From assembly GCA_040285825.1 (NCBI GenBank), contig JAUPSS010000001.1, forward strand, positions 3,596,001 to 3,660,000: a DNA stretch of 64,000 nt. The letters run 5' to 3'. Each line of letters begins with the position of its first letter. Within the stretch, counting starts at the first letter, position 1. The DNA is from Eukaryota sp. TZLM1-RC. Taxonomy: Eukaryota; Protista; Metamonada: BaSk clade. Made by a program: the position numbers and the translations under genes. Positions 48,370-61,831 of the stretch are shown piece by piece. The notes beneath the pieces were generated by a model. The model was not told the DNA's origin. It saw nothing but the letters and a program-made list of their open reading frames with translations, and did not search any database.

Positions 48370-49380
48370 ACAGATTTATGTTGTATGTGGAAGTCTCATA
48401 GAATTAAATTCTTTTTGGAACCTCTGATGTCAAATCTGTTTGATACTGAAGATGATTTTCATAAGAATAATAGAGGTAATGTCAAATTACCTGGATTAGA
48501 TGGAAGCTTCATTTTATTAGATGTAAGGTCTGTTGATCCTTGTAATGCCTCAAATGAAAGGCTTGCAAGTTCTGAAATTCATAATCCTCTTTCAAATGCT
48601 GAAAATTTCAAAATCAAATAATACAATGAACCTTTGTCCAAATTGTCCAGTCAACAGCATGCAAAATACAATTTGTATCCATTTGTATTTTCTCTTTTTG
48701 GTTCACTTGCTCCAACGGCTATACGTCTTTTGGAAAATTTTGAAATGATTGTAGAGAGAAGAACTAACAGAAATTTCAACAGATTGTTATACCAAATGGA
48801 ATTGTATTTTCTGTTTTAAGAGGACTTGACTAAAATTGACCGAATGATGACTTTAGATATACAGAAACATATCAAATTTACCATTATAAGACTGTGTTTT
48901 AGTTCCAACTTCAATCATATATTTCGATCTACAAATCCTCTTATCACTAGGCCTTTGGCTCAGAAGTTTAATGAGTTACGTGCAAAAGTTTTGTCACAAT
49001 TACTGGGATGTAAAATGTTCCAAATTCCAAATCATGTCTATCTTAGTCCACATTATGGCGATTTAGGTTGGACGAAGGCTTCTATTCTTACTTCGTGTGC
49101 TTTTATTGGTGGATACACAAAGGCAATATTTGAGTTTTCCGAAAGATTTGCAGATTGGGAAGATTTATTAATGACAACGCAAAGTTCCACAGGTTTTGCA
49201 CTAAATGAAGAAATTGCAAAAATTGATGTAGAAAAATGGAGTCGTTGCTTTCCCCAATCCTTCAATGGCAATTTTTTAGAAAAGAATATTTTAAATTTAA
49301 AATACACTCTTCGAACATTACAGAAACGATTGACTGGAATGTATGAAAATGATCTTTATAATAATATACGCAGCTCGGCT
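48370..49380 (+). mobile_element. Degenerate family A 3' fragment (48370-48820) followed by a family D internal fragment (48826-49380)
   Basis: Homology to A and D copies, with stops and frameshifts. Confidence 0.8.
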
Positions 49381-51595
49381 CCCCTGGAAAACCAAATTTT
49401 AATTAGTTGCGATGCATTCGACATAGCTGTAGGCGGCGTCATATGGGAACAAATCGAACAAGTCGACGACCCCGGTACCCCCTGATCAACAGGAAATGTA
49501 GGCCTATCAGCTTCTTCAGCCGGTTGTTAACCAACTCGCAAAAGAACTGGCAAACAAACCAAAAGGAACTTTATGCCTTTCTGCTCATGTTAACTCAAAG
49601 TGGTTTTGAAAACTACTTAAAAGGAAGGAAACTGGTCATATTCACAGACCATCAAGACCTTACCTACATGTTCACGGCTCCTGAGAAGAACAGAATTGTA
49701 ACTAGATGGTTACCCATATTCTCTGAATTCTGCTTTGATTTGGTACATACCAAAGGGGAAGATAACTTCTGGGCTGATATGTTGTCTCGAATAGTTCCGC
49801 CTATAGACCATCAAGAGATCAACTATTTGTCCCATCAAATGGCTCCAAATTTTCATCCAATATTTTACATCGATAAAATTGATGGAACAGAAAATGAAAG
49901 ATACTACATCGAAGACTTAAACAACTTCAAACGTATCATGGTCATCAGAAAACGATGTTCCAACGACCTGCCTATTTTCGAGCCATGGCTCTGTAGGATT
50001 AGGTCGGAACAGAAGCTTGCCATAGCTTCCAAAGACCCCTCATTCAACAACTGTGTTCATAACAATCATCTTGATTTATATATGACTCACGACAACAAGA
50101 TAGTGATTCCCAAATCACTCATTAGGGACACCCTTAACTTGTTGCACGGACTTCTGCAAGGAGGCCATCCAAGCAAAGCTAAAAGCCTGAACAAGCTCAG
50201 GAATAGCGACTATTGGTGGCCAAACATGCTCACCGACATGAATAAGCACGTCCAAGAATGCCCCTCCTGTCAGAAAACTAAGCCAGTTCCCAAACTGCAT
50301 GTTCCCCCAACCGGTTCATTGTTGGCCTACAGACCTTTTGCTCGCGTCAGCGCCGACGTTGTTGGTCCTCTCCCAGAAGATCAAGAAGGCTACAAATACA
50401 TCCTCGTATTTATTGACAGCTTCTCCAGGTTCACGATCATCGTGCCTTTAAAAGAGATAAATGCCAATCTTACTGCAGATGCATTAATTTGGAAAGTCTG
50501 TGCCATCTTTGGTATTCCATTTTAAATCCACAGTGATAATGGACCCGAATTTTCCAAGGCTTTTTTTGACGAACTAAGCAAATTTTTAGGCATAGAGGTG
50601 TCAAAGTCAATTCCTAGTTTTTCTCAGTCCAACGGCTTGCTAGAGCGCCAACACAGAGACATCCTGCAAAATCTACGGAAATTGCTTGTAGACTTCAACG
50701 CCTACGATGTGTGGTCTGAATACTTGCCTTATGTGCAATTATTGATCAACTCTTCCAAGAGCTCAATTACCAACCACACTCCATACCAAGTGATCTTTGG
50801 CTCAGATGTGTCTCCTAGATCAGACCCTGGCAAAATTCTTGAAATCATTGAAAGCTCGACGTCTGAGTCATCCTTTATTCAAGAAATTCAATCTAAATTT
50901 CGAAGGTTGAAAGAGAAACAGGAAAAGGCAGCACACCATCAAGCTTCCAAAGCTTCCAAGCTAACTGGATCGACAACTCCAAACCCTTTTGAAGTTGGTC
51001 AATTGGTATTGAGAGCATCTGGCTCTTCCGCTAAGCTTCATGGAGACTATTTAGGACCCTTCCTAATTACTGAAATCGTATCCAATTCGTCTGTGAATAT
51101 TAAGAATCTCTGCACCGGTACGATTGTCCAAGCTAGCGTTAAACATTTAGCACCCTGGCACTCCAGCTTGCCCACCAACGATGAGTTCGACTCTTGGGTC
51201 ACTGCAGGTGATGTCGAAGAACACATCATTGAAAAAGTGCTCAGTCAAGACGGTGACTTTTGCCAAGTGCAATGGCCTGGAAAAGAGATCACCACTGAAC
51301 ACATGTCTACAGTCCAAAATACTGCCGCGTATAAAGACTTCATCAAGACTTCAAATGCACGTCGCCGTACTAAATCCGCTCCTCCCAAGAAGCGTACCAA
51401 TTCCAACGGTTCACCTCCTGTGACTAGAGCTTCCAGGGCTCGTCGCTCGAAAGAGAGGAAAAGGCAGTGTTAGTCTTGAATAGTATTTATAGTTTATTTG
51501 TATAGTTTATTAGTATTCCGCCTATTAATTTAAGAAGAGAGAATACAATTCCTCTTCGTAATAAATTTCATTACTTTTCTACAGTATGTCTAACA
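49381..51595 (+). mobile_element. Ty3/gypsy LTR retrotransposon 3' remnant (RNase H, integrase, chromodomain-like tail, PPT, 3' LTR 51468-51595)
   Basis: CDA..AVGG, PISFFSR, KELYA, FTDH, ADMLSR (RNase H). H..GH..YWWP..CPSC, DVVGPLP, IDSFSR, SDNGPEF, NGLLER, GPF (integrase). PPT GAAAGAGAGGAAAAGGCAG. LTR TGTTAG...CTAACA. Stop at 50523. Confidence 0.92.
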
Positions 51596-51616
51596 TTAAC
51601 GAGCAAAGACCATCAT

Positions 51617-51900
51617 TTATGGCGTTCTCGAATTCAATTTGCCATTATTAATAGATTACCTCCGTTTTTCAATCGAATAAGAGGAGCTTTAGCTAGCCAG
51701 CAAGCAGATCAAAATTTTGTAGAGGAAATCTTGGTTCAATGATATTCGTCCCATTAGTTATGAATTAATTTAATTAAGTGTGCATGTTCTATAAATATTT
51801 TTTTATTTTAAGGGGATGGCGAAAATGTTTTCTGATGCTTTGCCTTCTCTCTTGCATCTCACTATGAGAGAGTTGCATCTAGTTGTTTTGCTTGGGTAGA
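51617..51900 (+). mobile_element. Family D and family A 3'-end remnants
   Basis: Matches 47625-47803 and 4080-4170. Confidence 0.75.
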
Positions 51901-51999
51901 GAAGTATTATTCAGAAAAAGAATAGATTCCATGCATGAAAAAGAATGGATTCCATATACAACTCTTTCAATTATATTGCAGTGTAGTATAAATAACAAG

Positions 52000-52081
52000 G
52001 CTGATATATCCAAGTGGTTACGGAGGTTGACTTGAAATCAACTGGGCTATGCCCGCGCAGGTTCGAATCCTGCTGTCAGCG
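52000..52081 (+). tRNA. tRNA-Ser(TGA)
   Basis: Acceptor GCTGATA/TGTCAGC, anticodon arm GTTGA-CTTGAAA-TCAAC, long variable arm GGGC-TAT-GCCC, GGTTCGAATCC, G discriminator. Confidence 0.95.
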
Positions 52082-52129
52082 TTGAATCATTTTACTAATA
52101 AAGTGACTCAAAACAAGACGCAAGACTTT

Positions 52130-54180
52130 TCCAAAATGATCAAATGATTTCCCTAATCAATTCAAAAATTCTGCACCAGTGTCTTTTTAATTTGCAGTTT
52201 TGTTGTAAATCCTTCAGTAAAGATTGTCGAAAATTTTTGGAAGCTTGGATTTTAATTTTGTCTTGACCTGGCTAAGAGAACAAATCCCGCTTTTACAAAT
52301 AATTTACAAGATATGAGGTGATAGTATTTTCCGCTTTAGTAACAACCATTCCTCAAGTTAATGGAACTCTTTTATTGGAACTGATTCTGGTAACGAACAA
52401 GGCCATAAAAAAACATCTCATTCTCATTGCAGTGGTCCATTGGTGATCGTTAAGTAGAACGACAGTTTCTGATGCCTTGCTTTCTGGTTGACCACACTAT
52501 GAGAGAGTTGGATCTAGGTGCTTTGTTTTGGGAGAAACGGACTATTTAGTTGTTGATTTGCGAGTTATTTAAAACTCTATTTATTATATAGAATGCTTTC
52601 ACCTTGAGTGAATTGTCCCACAGAGAGGTTCAATACTGAGATAATCAGTATAACTATTGGTTCAAATTAAAGTGTAACAAATGATGGGAGATTCAAAATA
52701 ATTTTCCTGATACACATTTTATTCAAACAAAATTATAAAAAACTAAAAATCAATCTCCTCATACTCCACATCTACTATAGAAGACATACAATAGAGCTGA
52801 TCACGAACTGCATCATGCACTTTTGATCTAAAAGTAATAAAGCGATTACAATTAAATAAATGGGTTGGAGTGACAGACTTTCCACATTTACAAATTAATC
52901 CATGAGGAAGATTATCAGGCCAAATAAAAGATCGAAGACGCATAGATAACAAAAAGCAAGGGTCATTGAGAAACAAACCATAAACTCTTGGTACTTGATT
53001 AATCAAACAAGAGGCAGAACTATCACAAACATCCAGTAAAAGATTTGCAAAATCAGGATTTTTTTTCTTGGCCATGCCAAGACGTACTTCATAATCCAAG
53101 CCTTCAAATATTACTGCCAATTTTTGTTGAAGCTTCTTCACACAATACCTTAAATTAACTCAATTTCGTGGAGGAATCTCTTGAACTGAGTCGGGAAAGC
53201 ATCAAATTTGTGGAAAAACACCAAATTTGTGGTGCAATTTTATTAAATTAATGCAGAAAAAGATATTAAAAGTTTTTGAAAACTTGGATTTCACTGTTCG
53301 TCTTAGCTTGGCTGAAGAAACGAATTTCGTTTTTGCAAACTTTTTAATTGATCTTAAGGAAAGTAGCTCAAGTTGTCTTATTTCCCAGATTCCAAATGTA
53401 TATGGTTTATTATTAAATGATCATAAATGGACAACTGCCTTCAGGATGAGTTGTTTTCTGTCGCCATGTAGTGTGCCAAATGATTTGATTTGTCGTTGTG
53501 GTCAGCTCATCAATCTGAAGCATTTATTCAATTGCAAATTTAATATTACATATCGCTCAGTTGCTCACGATGCTGTTAGAAACCAACTATACGCTATGTG
53601 CAAAAGTCATCACATTGAAGCTTTTGTTGAACCACTTGTGCAAAGGTTGTCATCTGAAAATGAAGATGAAAATTCTTTTGGGGAACGCCGTGCTGATTAA
53701 TTACCCTGGGTTTGATGGTATGATCAATGTTGTTGATGTTGTCACTGTTGATGTTTGTAAAGACTCATCAATTGATTTTGCTAACAAAGGTGAAACTCCA
53801 CTTCGCTTTGCTGAAAAGAGCAAAATCAAAAAGTACAATGAACCCTTATCTCAGCTAGAATGTGTTGAGCATGTCAAGTATCAGCTGGTTACATTTGCTG
53901 TTTCTCTTTTTGGTAACACTGGAATATCTGGCATTAAATTTCTCCAAGGTTTCAGAAGTTTAATAAAAGAAAGAGCAGGAAAAGTTTATTTTCAACGCTA
54001 ACAAAACATTAAACAAAAAACTAGAACTCAATATCCTCAATACACGCATCAACATCATCAAATCTTTTAAGCGCGCGATTTTCATACTATATTCCTAATT
54101 GTAACAGTGCTTTGGTCAACATTTCTGGAATTGCTTTAAGAATACTAAAAACAATTCTATTGTGCCAGAAACTGAAGTTC
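52130..54180. mobile_element. Cluster of older RLE-LINE remnants: A-like (52130-52570), family F (-, ~52720-53200), family G (+, ~53230-53995) with its 3' end inverted (~54000-54180)
   Basis: ORFs 52743-53141, 53227-53700 and 53561-54001 carry CxC..HxxNC, HDAVR and RRAD. The reverse strand of 54020-54180 reads FWHNRIVF...EDIEF*. Confidence 0.78.
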
Positions 54181-54222
54181 AATTCTATTAAAATAATCCT
54201 ATTATGTTTTGTAAAGACCTGG

Positions 54223-55464
54223 ATGACATCACCTCATCTGGTAATAACACTGCTTCGTTCCAAGCCTAAACTGCTCGCCTTGTTTCTCTTCATCTGTGCA
54301 CTTTCTTTTGTCATAATCTCTTTTTTTCACTTATCATCATCATATTACCCATATTCACTTCCTGATTACAATCCCTTGGGGGAACTTGCGGAAAGTGCTT
54401 CCTCTGAAGAACCTTCTCACTCGAAAATCCCTTCGGTTCGTCCTCCACTTGTACCTAAACCATCACCCCATAACTCCAATTCCGATCCCTACAACAATCC
54501 AAACTGCACTTACCTTTACCCCTCTTCTCCATTGAAGTTCTCAACCTCCCGTGACGTCATTTTTGCTTCGTTGGCAATCTTCAAAGATAAGAGTAGAATG
54601 AGTGGTCATTTCGCGGCGGATACCTATAGACTTTTATTATCTCACAGCAAGTCTCAAATGAAAGCTAGGTTAGTGTTATTTGTGGATGATAGGTTGAACA
54701 CTGACAAGGAGTTACTATCTGTTTTTGATGAATTCTCTGCGAATTTAGAAATTGTATGGGTAAAGGTAGAATTTCCCATGGTAGCTTATAGGTTTGTTTT
54801 CTATTTGAATTATTTGAAAAACATGACTGATTCAATTGATAGAGTAATGTTGATAGATGCTAGGGACTCGCTGTTTCTTGCAGATCCTTTTCCCTTCTTC
54901 CCACCTAACCAAATCACTGTGAACCCTCAGGGATGCGATGGAACCCATGGCTTCCACAAGAGTGGTTGGACTCCTAATTGGGTCGATAAGTTTTACGGAA
55001 GACAGCATGGTGTGTCCTTTAGAGCAAAGAAGTTACCAGTCCTCAATGTTGGAACCATCTTCGGCGATTGTGTCCAAATGGTGAAGTTTTTGAAAGTTAT
55101 GGAGACGCAAATGGAAAAGTCTAGAGCTGGATTCAAAAGAGCAACATTTGGATTAGACCAAGCCGCTCTTAACTATGCTTTCCATTTAGGTTTCTTTGAC
55201 ACTGTTGGTGTAAAGGTGGGTTTGCTCATTGAAAAGGATTCTCCTATTGCCTTGTATATCAGATGCAATGAGGGATCTGTTGATGGAAATGGGTATTACT
55301 TGAATTCAAACGGATGTCCCTTAGCGATGCTTCATGGTTACGATCGGTCGGCGAAGTTTTTGGCTCAAGTTGTCAAAGACTTTCCTATTCCGGAAGGCTG
55401 GAGTACGTCACGTGCAGAAGATAACAAAATAAAAGTTGATTCTGATGGTAAAGTTGTTTCTTAG
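54223..55464 (+). CDS. Type II membrane protein, glycosyltransferase-like (GT-A)
   Basis: N-terminal TM (LLALFLFICALSFVIISFF), Pro/Ser stem, YRF..Y..YL, VMLIDARD, LNVGTIFG, DQAALN, LHGYDR. The ATG at 54223 is preferred because upstream is antisense LINE. Confidence 0.7.
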   Translation: MTSPHLVITLLRSKPKLLALFLFICALSFVIISFFHLSSSYYPYSLPDYNPLGELAESASSEEPSHSKIPSVRPPLVPKPSPHNSNSDPYNNPNCTYLYPSSPLKFSTSRDVIFASLAIFKDKSRMSGHFAADTYRLLLSHSKSQMKARLVLFVDDRLNTDKELLSVFDEFSANLEIVWVKVEFPMVAYRFVFYLNYLKNMTDSIDRVMLIDARDSLFLADPFPFFPPNQITVNPQGCDGTHGFHKSGWTPNWVDKFYGRQHGVSFRAKKLPVLNVGTIFGDCVQMVKFLKVMETQMEKSRAGFKRATFGLDQAALNYAFHLGFFDTVGVKVGLLIEKDSPIALYIRCNEGSVDGNGYYLNSNGCPLAMLHGYDRSAKFLAQVVKDFPIPEGWSTSRAEDNKIKVDSDGKVVS

Positions 55465-55969
55465 GACTTTTTGTTGTGGGTTTCTCCAGTTATTAGTTTA
55501 TAGTTGTTTTAAATTTTCTTGAGGTTGTTATTTGTTTATTGTTTGTATTTTATTTTTTGTCTTAGCTAATTTTTTGAAAGTAAAAGTTCAATTAATTTTA
55601 ATTTAATTGTCTTGTATATTATGCAACATTAATTTGTTTCAAAGCTTCATTTCCAACCGTGAGGGGTGGAGACGAATACTACCAATCAGATACACTTCAC
55701 AGTGAATATTGAATGGACATACTGCAAAGCCTACATTGCGTGTCAAGAAGATAAAATGAAACGAGTGGGAGATTGTATTGTTCTAGAGGAGAAATGGGCT
55801 CACTGAGATTGGTGACCAATTATTCGAGGATTCTAGAACGTCTGTGGACGGTCTCACAAAGAATGAAAGTTCTTGGAATAAGTTTGAATGATGCTTGACG
55901 AAAATATGCATTTAAAATGAAAACCACAGACGTATAATTTCAACCAGGTATCGGAAGAAATAAATGAAA

Positions 55970-57915
55970 TTTTATTTTATTTGCCTTTTCGATTTTTGGC
56001 AACATTGGACAATCCGCCTTGAATTTCATCAATGATTTTGGTAATATATGTCGTTCAAGTGGTAAGAATTTTGCAGAGAATTTATGGAAAAATCGTATCA
56101 TTTTCGCTTTGTACAGAAGTGTTCCCAAGTACTTGAGTTTAATGATGTCTAAACTTTATAAGGATTCATCAAGAGTTGGCGTGGAGAATTTAGTTTCTTA
56201 TGTGTTTTAGTTTGTTTTGTTTTTATTTGATTCTTTATATAAATGGTTTAATAAATACAATTTTATTTTATTCCATTTTTATTTTTAATTATTTCTGGCA
56301 CATTTTCAGCTGTCAGAAATAAAATAGTATTTCAGAAACAAAAGTTTCATTTTCTCATCGTTTTCAGGTCACTTTTCGCCAGGAAAAAGATGGTCAGGAT
56401 GATTGTGTTTTCCATTATTCTATTTTTGATCTTAAGTTTTCTAAATAAAATAAAGTAAAATTTGGTTTTATTTTAGTTAAATTTTAATTATTTCTTTTAC
56501 GAAGAAACAAAACAAAACAAACAAAAACACATAAGGTACAAAATTCTCCACGCCAACTCTTGATGAATCCTTAAATAGCTTGGATCTCATTAAATTTAAG
56601 TATTTGGGAACACTTCTGTACAAAGCAAAAACGATACGATTCTTCCATAAATTACCTGCAAAGTTCTTAGCATTTGAACGACATAAATTATCAAAATTAT
56701 TGAGAAAATTCAAGGCAGACTGTCCTATGTTTCCAAAAATCGAGAAGGCAAAAGGAACAAACGACAACTTCGAGTAAAGGTTCTTGTTTAAATCATTTAA
56801 TATCTCAGTATATTTGTCTCGTTTACGGTCCTCAGCCTGTTGTAATGACGATTAGAACTAACTAAAAAATCATCACGAAAAATAAAAGCAAAGGATCAAC
56901 TGTAGTAAAATCACCAAAAACTTGAGAAGAATCCACAAAAGCAGCAATTAAATCACCTCGACGTGCCTTAAACATATTGTGATCGCTATAATGCTTCAAC
57001 AACGGTTCTACTTTGCAACTAAAATTGTAACATTTAAACATCTCATATGTCACATCACGAACGGCAGTATGAAGAACTGACCGATATTGAAGAAATTTCG
57101 TACAACTTACAATATGACGGAAATTGACAGTCGGTTTTTCGTTACAAATACAAACAGAATTATCCAAGAGTCCACTTGATAACATACCCAATTTCAAACG
57201 CATTTTTTGTTTCCAAGCTTCTTTTGTAAAGTCAAGACCAAATGTCCTTGATTGCTGAGATATTAAATTAGTGCAATTCTGGATGTCGGATAAAAAGGCA
57301 GCAAAGACGGGATTATTAATCTTAGTTACAGTAAGCTGTTTAGAGAAATCCAGGTCTTCAAAACCATTTAAAACAGACTTCTGTAATTTCACAACATCAA
57401 GATGAAGATTAGTCAAAGATCTCGAAAGTACCGAAGGCATACTTGAAGGAAAACACTTATTCCTCACATCAATAGGTAGTTCATGCACCATGTTTTCGAG
57501 TGAAATCAATAAAGGATGTGATTTATTCATAGGAATTTAATCAAACCGGAGTTTCCACTCAAAAAGAAAATTTTTGATACCACCAATGAAAGTACTTTTG
57601 CATAAATACTCTGCTTTTGAAAAACCAACTCCAGCAAACTTTGTACTAAAAAATGCATGATAAGGAATTGTTGATGGACAAACTTCCACTAAATCTCCTA
57701 CAAAATTGTTCTCAGAGCATTAAAGTGACGTGTAAAATCATGTGAACTTGTAGGAGATAAAGAACGAAGAAGGTGATTAATTTTTGATCCAAAACACACA
57801 TTCAGGACCGAAAACGCTAAATGCTTGTCAATTTTTAGTTCTTGAATAGCTAAAAGTTGCTCTTCGATTTTTCCTAAAATACCTGTCAAAATCAATTCAA
57901 TTTTTTCACTATTTT
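55970..57915. mobile_element. Family E remnants: 3' fragment (+, ~55970-56245) and degenerate 3' half (-, ~56490-57915)
   Basis: Homologous to 32250-33680. Confidence 0.82.
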
Positions 57916-57999
57916 GATTCTGTTTTTATTTATTTCTTGTCATTTTGAAACTCAAAATATATTCCCATTTATTTTCTTCTTTTTTTAATCAATCACACT

Positions 58000-60900
58000 T
58001 TTATTCAACAACGAATATGAAAACATAAAATACACAATTAAAACTCCACATCCTCAAAACCTGCCTCCACTACATCAAAACAATTAATTGCCAAAGATTC
58101 AGAAAATTTCCCAAAAGAAGACAGTGAATCAGAAATCAGTTTTACCATTCCCTTAAAAACAGAAAATACAATCCTGTTTTGCCAGTAAACACGATTGAAA
58201 ATTCTTCCAGTTCTTTCCTTTACAACAACAGCAACATCTTCAAGGAAAGCCATAGCAGCCTTGCCCAAAGATCCAAGCAAAGAAAATACAAGGGAACATA
58301 AATTATATTGTGCATGAGAATTTTCATTAATCGAGGAAATGGGTTTCGCATATTTAGCAATTTTATATTTTTCGCCTGCAAGAAGAGGATTATTTACATC
58401 TGAGTTAATGAGATGTTCATTAGAGGAATTACAAGGGTCAATAGACATGGCGTCTAAAATAGTAAAACTACCATTTAAACCGGGAACAACTAGATCACCT
58501 CTTGTCAGACCCATAGAAGCTCTGTTGTAGCGCGTACTATCAATATTGGGGTCATCAAGAATTAATTTTGATAACAGGGGTTCTAAAAAGGAATCTACTC
58601 GATATGATTTTCACATTACATAAATTTGGTCCCTGACGTTATATATCTTCTTTAGATATAGAAAAGCATATTAAATTTTTCATGCTTAAAATTTGCTACA
58701 CTGGGAGAATAACCCACATTTTGAGATCTTGTGCTCCCTCCATAGCATTAGATTTTTGTTGTTCATTTAATTCATTGAGAACAGGATTTTTTGCTGATTT
58801 ATTGGATGTAGAACCAGGAATGTTGAAAAGTCACTTATTTGCTTCAGCAAATTTGGGTGGTATTGGATTTACTAAATCTTCAATTTTGTGTCAATCAGCA
58901 TTCTTGGGTGGTGGCAAAAATTTTATTTATGAATTTTCTCGTAGATTTCCTGATGATTCTCATCTGTTAGTTCCCAATTGCAGTCCTTATTTGTATGAGT
59001 TATCTTGTGAACTTGAAAAATTGCCACCACAAATTTGGACCAAATGTTTTCCCCAATCAATTCAAGAAATTCCAAACCGATCTCTTTTTAATTTACAGTT
59101 TTGCTGTAAAAAGCTTCAACAAAAATTGTCAAAGATTTTTGAAAGCTTGGATTTTGATGTTAGACTTGGCTTGGCCAAGAAAAAGAATCCCGCTTTTGCA
59201 AATCTTTTACAAGATATGTGTGACAGTACTTCTTCTGCCTTAGTAACAACAATTCCACAAGTTTATGGTACTCTCTTAACCGATTCTGCTTGGACTCCAA
59301 CTTTTTAAATTCAACAACAAATATGAAATACACAATTAAACCTCCACATCCTCAAAACCTGCCTCCCCTACATCAAAACAATTAATTGCTAAAGATTCAG
59401 AAAATTTCCGAAAAGAAGAGATTGAATCAGAAATTAGTTTTACCATTCCCTTAAAAATAGAAAATACAATCCTGTTTTGCCAGTAAACACGATTGAAAAT
59501 TCTTCCAGTTCTTTCCTTTACAACTACAACAAAATCCTCAAGGAAAGCCATAGCAGCCTTACCCAAAAATCCAAGCAAAGAAAATACAAAGGGACATAAA
59601 TTATTGTGCATGAGAATTTTCATTAATCGAGGAAATGGGTTTCGCATATTTAGCAATTTTATATTTTTCGCCTGCAAGAAGAGAATTATTTACATCTGAG
59701 TTAATGAGATGTTCGTTAGAGGAATTACAAGGGTCAATAGACATGGCGTCTAAAATAGTAAAACTACCATTTAAACCGGGAACAACTAGATCACCTCTTG
59801 TCAGACCCATAGAAGCTCTGTTGTAGCGCGTACTATCAATATTGGGGTCATCAAGAATTAATTTTGACAACAGCGGTTCTAAAAAGGAATCTACTCCATA
59901 TGATTTGCACATTACATAAATTTGGTCCCTGACGTTATTATGCACTTTGCTTCTAAATGTAATGAAATGTTTACAGTTCAAAAGATGAGTAAACAAAAGA
60001 GGCTTACCACATTTACAAGTTAAATGATTCGGCAAATTGTTTGGCCACAGAAAACAACAAAAACGCATGTTTAAAAGCCATTCATTGTGTTTGTAAAAAA
60101 ATCCATAAACAGAGGGAACTTGAGTTACTAAAGCAGCAGCAGAACTATCACGAATGTCCTTTAAGAAATTACCGAAAGCAGGATTTTGAGTTTTGGCCAA
60201 GCAAAGTCTTACTTCAAAATCCAAGCCTTCATATAATTTAACCAGATGATGCTGAAGCTTTTTCAAGCAAAAACGTAAATTTGAAAGAGATCGGGTGGGA
60301 ATTTCTTGAATATTTTGAGGAAAACACTGAATCCAGATATCACTAGGCAAATTATCTAATTAAAGTTGAAGTTGATTCAAATAAAACTTAGATTCACCAT
60401 GGATCATATGAACATCATAAGGAAACCTTTGAAAAAATTCAAAAACAAAATTCTTTCCGCCTCCTAAAAAAGCTGCTTTACATAAAATCGAAGATTTCGT
60501 GAAACCAATTCCACCTAAGTCAGCAGAACAAAAAACATGACTTCGAATTACAGATTAATTTACCTCCAATAATGAGGAAAAAAAATTTGACCCGAAGTTT
60601 GTTGAAAGATCTACAAAAATCAAGAGACACTGAAGAAGGAGTTGATCTTAAAAAATGGTTGAATTTACCAGAATAACAAATTTTTAAAATAAAAAATTTG
60701 ATGTGTTTTTCAATATCAAATTCAGCAATAAAACTAAGATCCTTGTCAAAATTTTCCAATAAATTGTTCAACTGGGATAAATTTCATCCAAATTACCTAA
60801 CCAACATCCAAGAAACTTGAACGCTTGTTGTTCATAATTGATGAAAGGAATTTGAACATCATCAATCAATAGAGATTGTTTTGTTCTTCCGATTAAGCGA

Positions 60901-61790
60901 CATTTTTCGGGATTCAAGGCTAATCCAATGTCTTTGTATTTCGCAGCAATGTCTTTAGAAACCCTACAAATGCTTTCATAAGAACCAATAATCGAAATGT
61001 CATCCATATAAGCAACAATACGTAACTCAGGGAATTCTTTCTGGGTCTTTTCAATAGTATTATGAATAGCCAAACAAAACAGCAATGGGCCAAGAGGATC
61101 ACCTTGTTTGACACCAGATGAAGATTTAAGGGTAAAGCTGTCAAAGATCAAGTCTGACTTTTTCCCATAAAATAAATAAGAATACGCTGATAGTTCTGGA
61201 AATGCTTGAATAAGAACATCGTAAATGCAATTACGCTTTACAGAATTGAAAGCATTTTTAAAGTCCAAATTGAAAATATACTGATGTTGTTGACTATTGA
61301 AAAAAATATCTGAAGTGATCGAGGCAACAGATGCACCTTCAATAGTTTTAATGCCAAATTGAAAAGGTTTCAAATAGTCCCTTGCCTTAGTAGAAATTCT
61401 ATTGAAAATATGCGAAGAAAGCAATCTGGTAAAAGACTCTCCCATAGCAATTGGTCTAACTCCATCAGGTTTGTTACTTTTTCCTGGTTTAACTAAAGCA
61501 ACTAATCGGGCAGCGGTCAATTCAGATGGAGGAACATAATTCAAACACATTAAATTTGGAAAATATATGGCAAGATCCTCAGAAATTTCTGGAGTGTTTT
61601 TACAAGCAGTTTTTAACTAATCAAAAGAAATGCCTGATGGACAAGCAGCTTTTCCTTTTGGCAATTTAGCAATAGCATTGAATACTTCTTGAGCTTGAAA
61701 AGGATTTTCGAGCCAATAATCACAAATTGGCGGTTTAACTGGGCAAAAATTTTCAGTTGGATGAAGCGCTTTCAGTTTTTCAACAGTTTC
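58000..61790 (-). mobile_element. Second B-A-B composite: family B (61790-59300), antisense A fragment (58645-59298), B 3' end (58640-58000)
   Basis: Internal junctions are identical to those at 37113-37116 and 37771-37775. RT and RLE are in ORFs 60768-61550, 59601-60350 and 58038-58514. Confidence 0.88.
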
Positions 61791-61831
61791 ATGATTATTA
61801 TTTTATTTTCTTCTAATACCTGGTTTCAATA

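Noticed and set aside
53230-54180. Twin-priming inversion in family G
   Set aside because: The poly(A) end faces the internal junction rather than the outer flank, so a later local inversion is more likely.
54112-54222. N-terminal extension of the glycosyltransferase-like ORF
   Set aside because: It overlaps the antisense 3' end of a family G LINE. ATG 54223 gives a normal type II topology.
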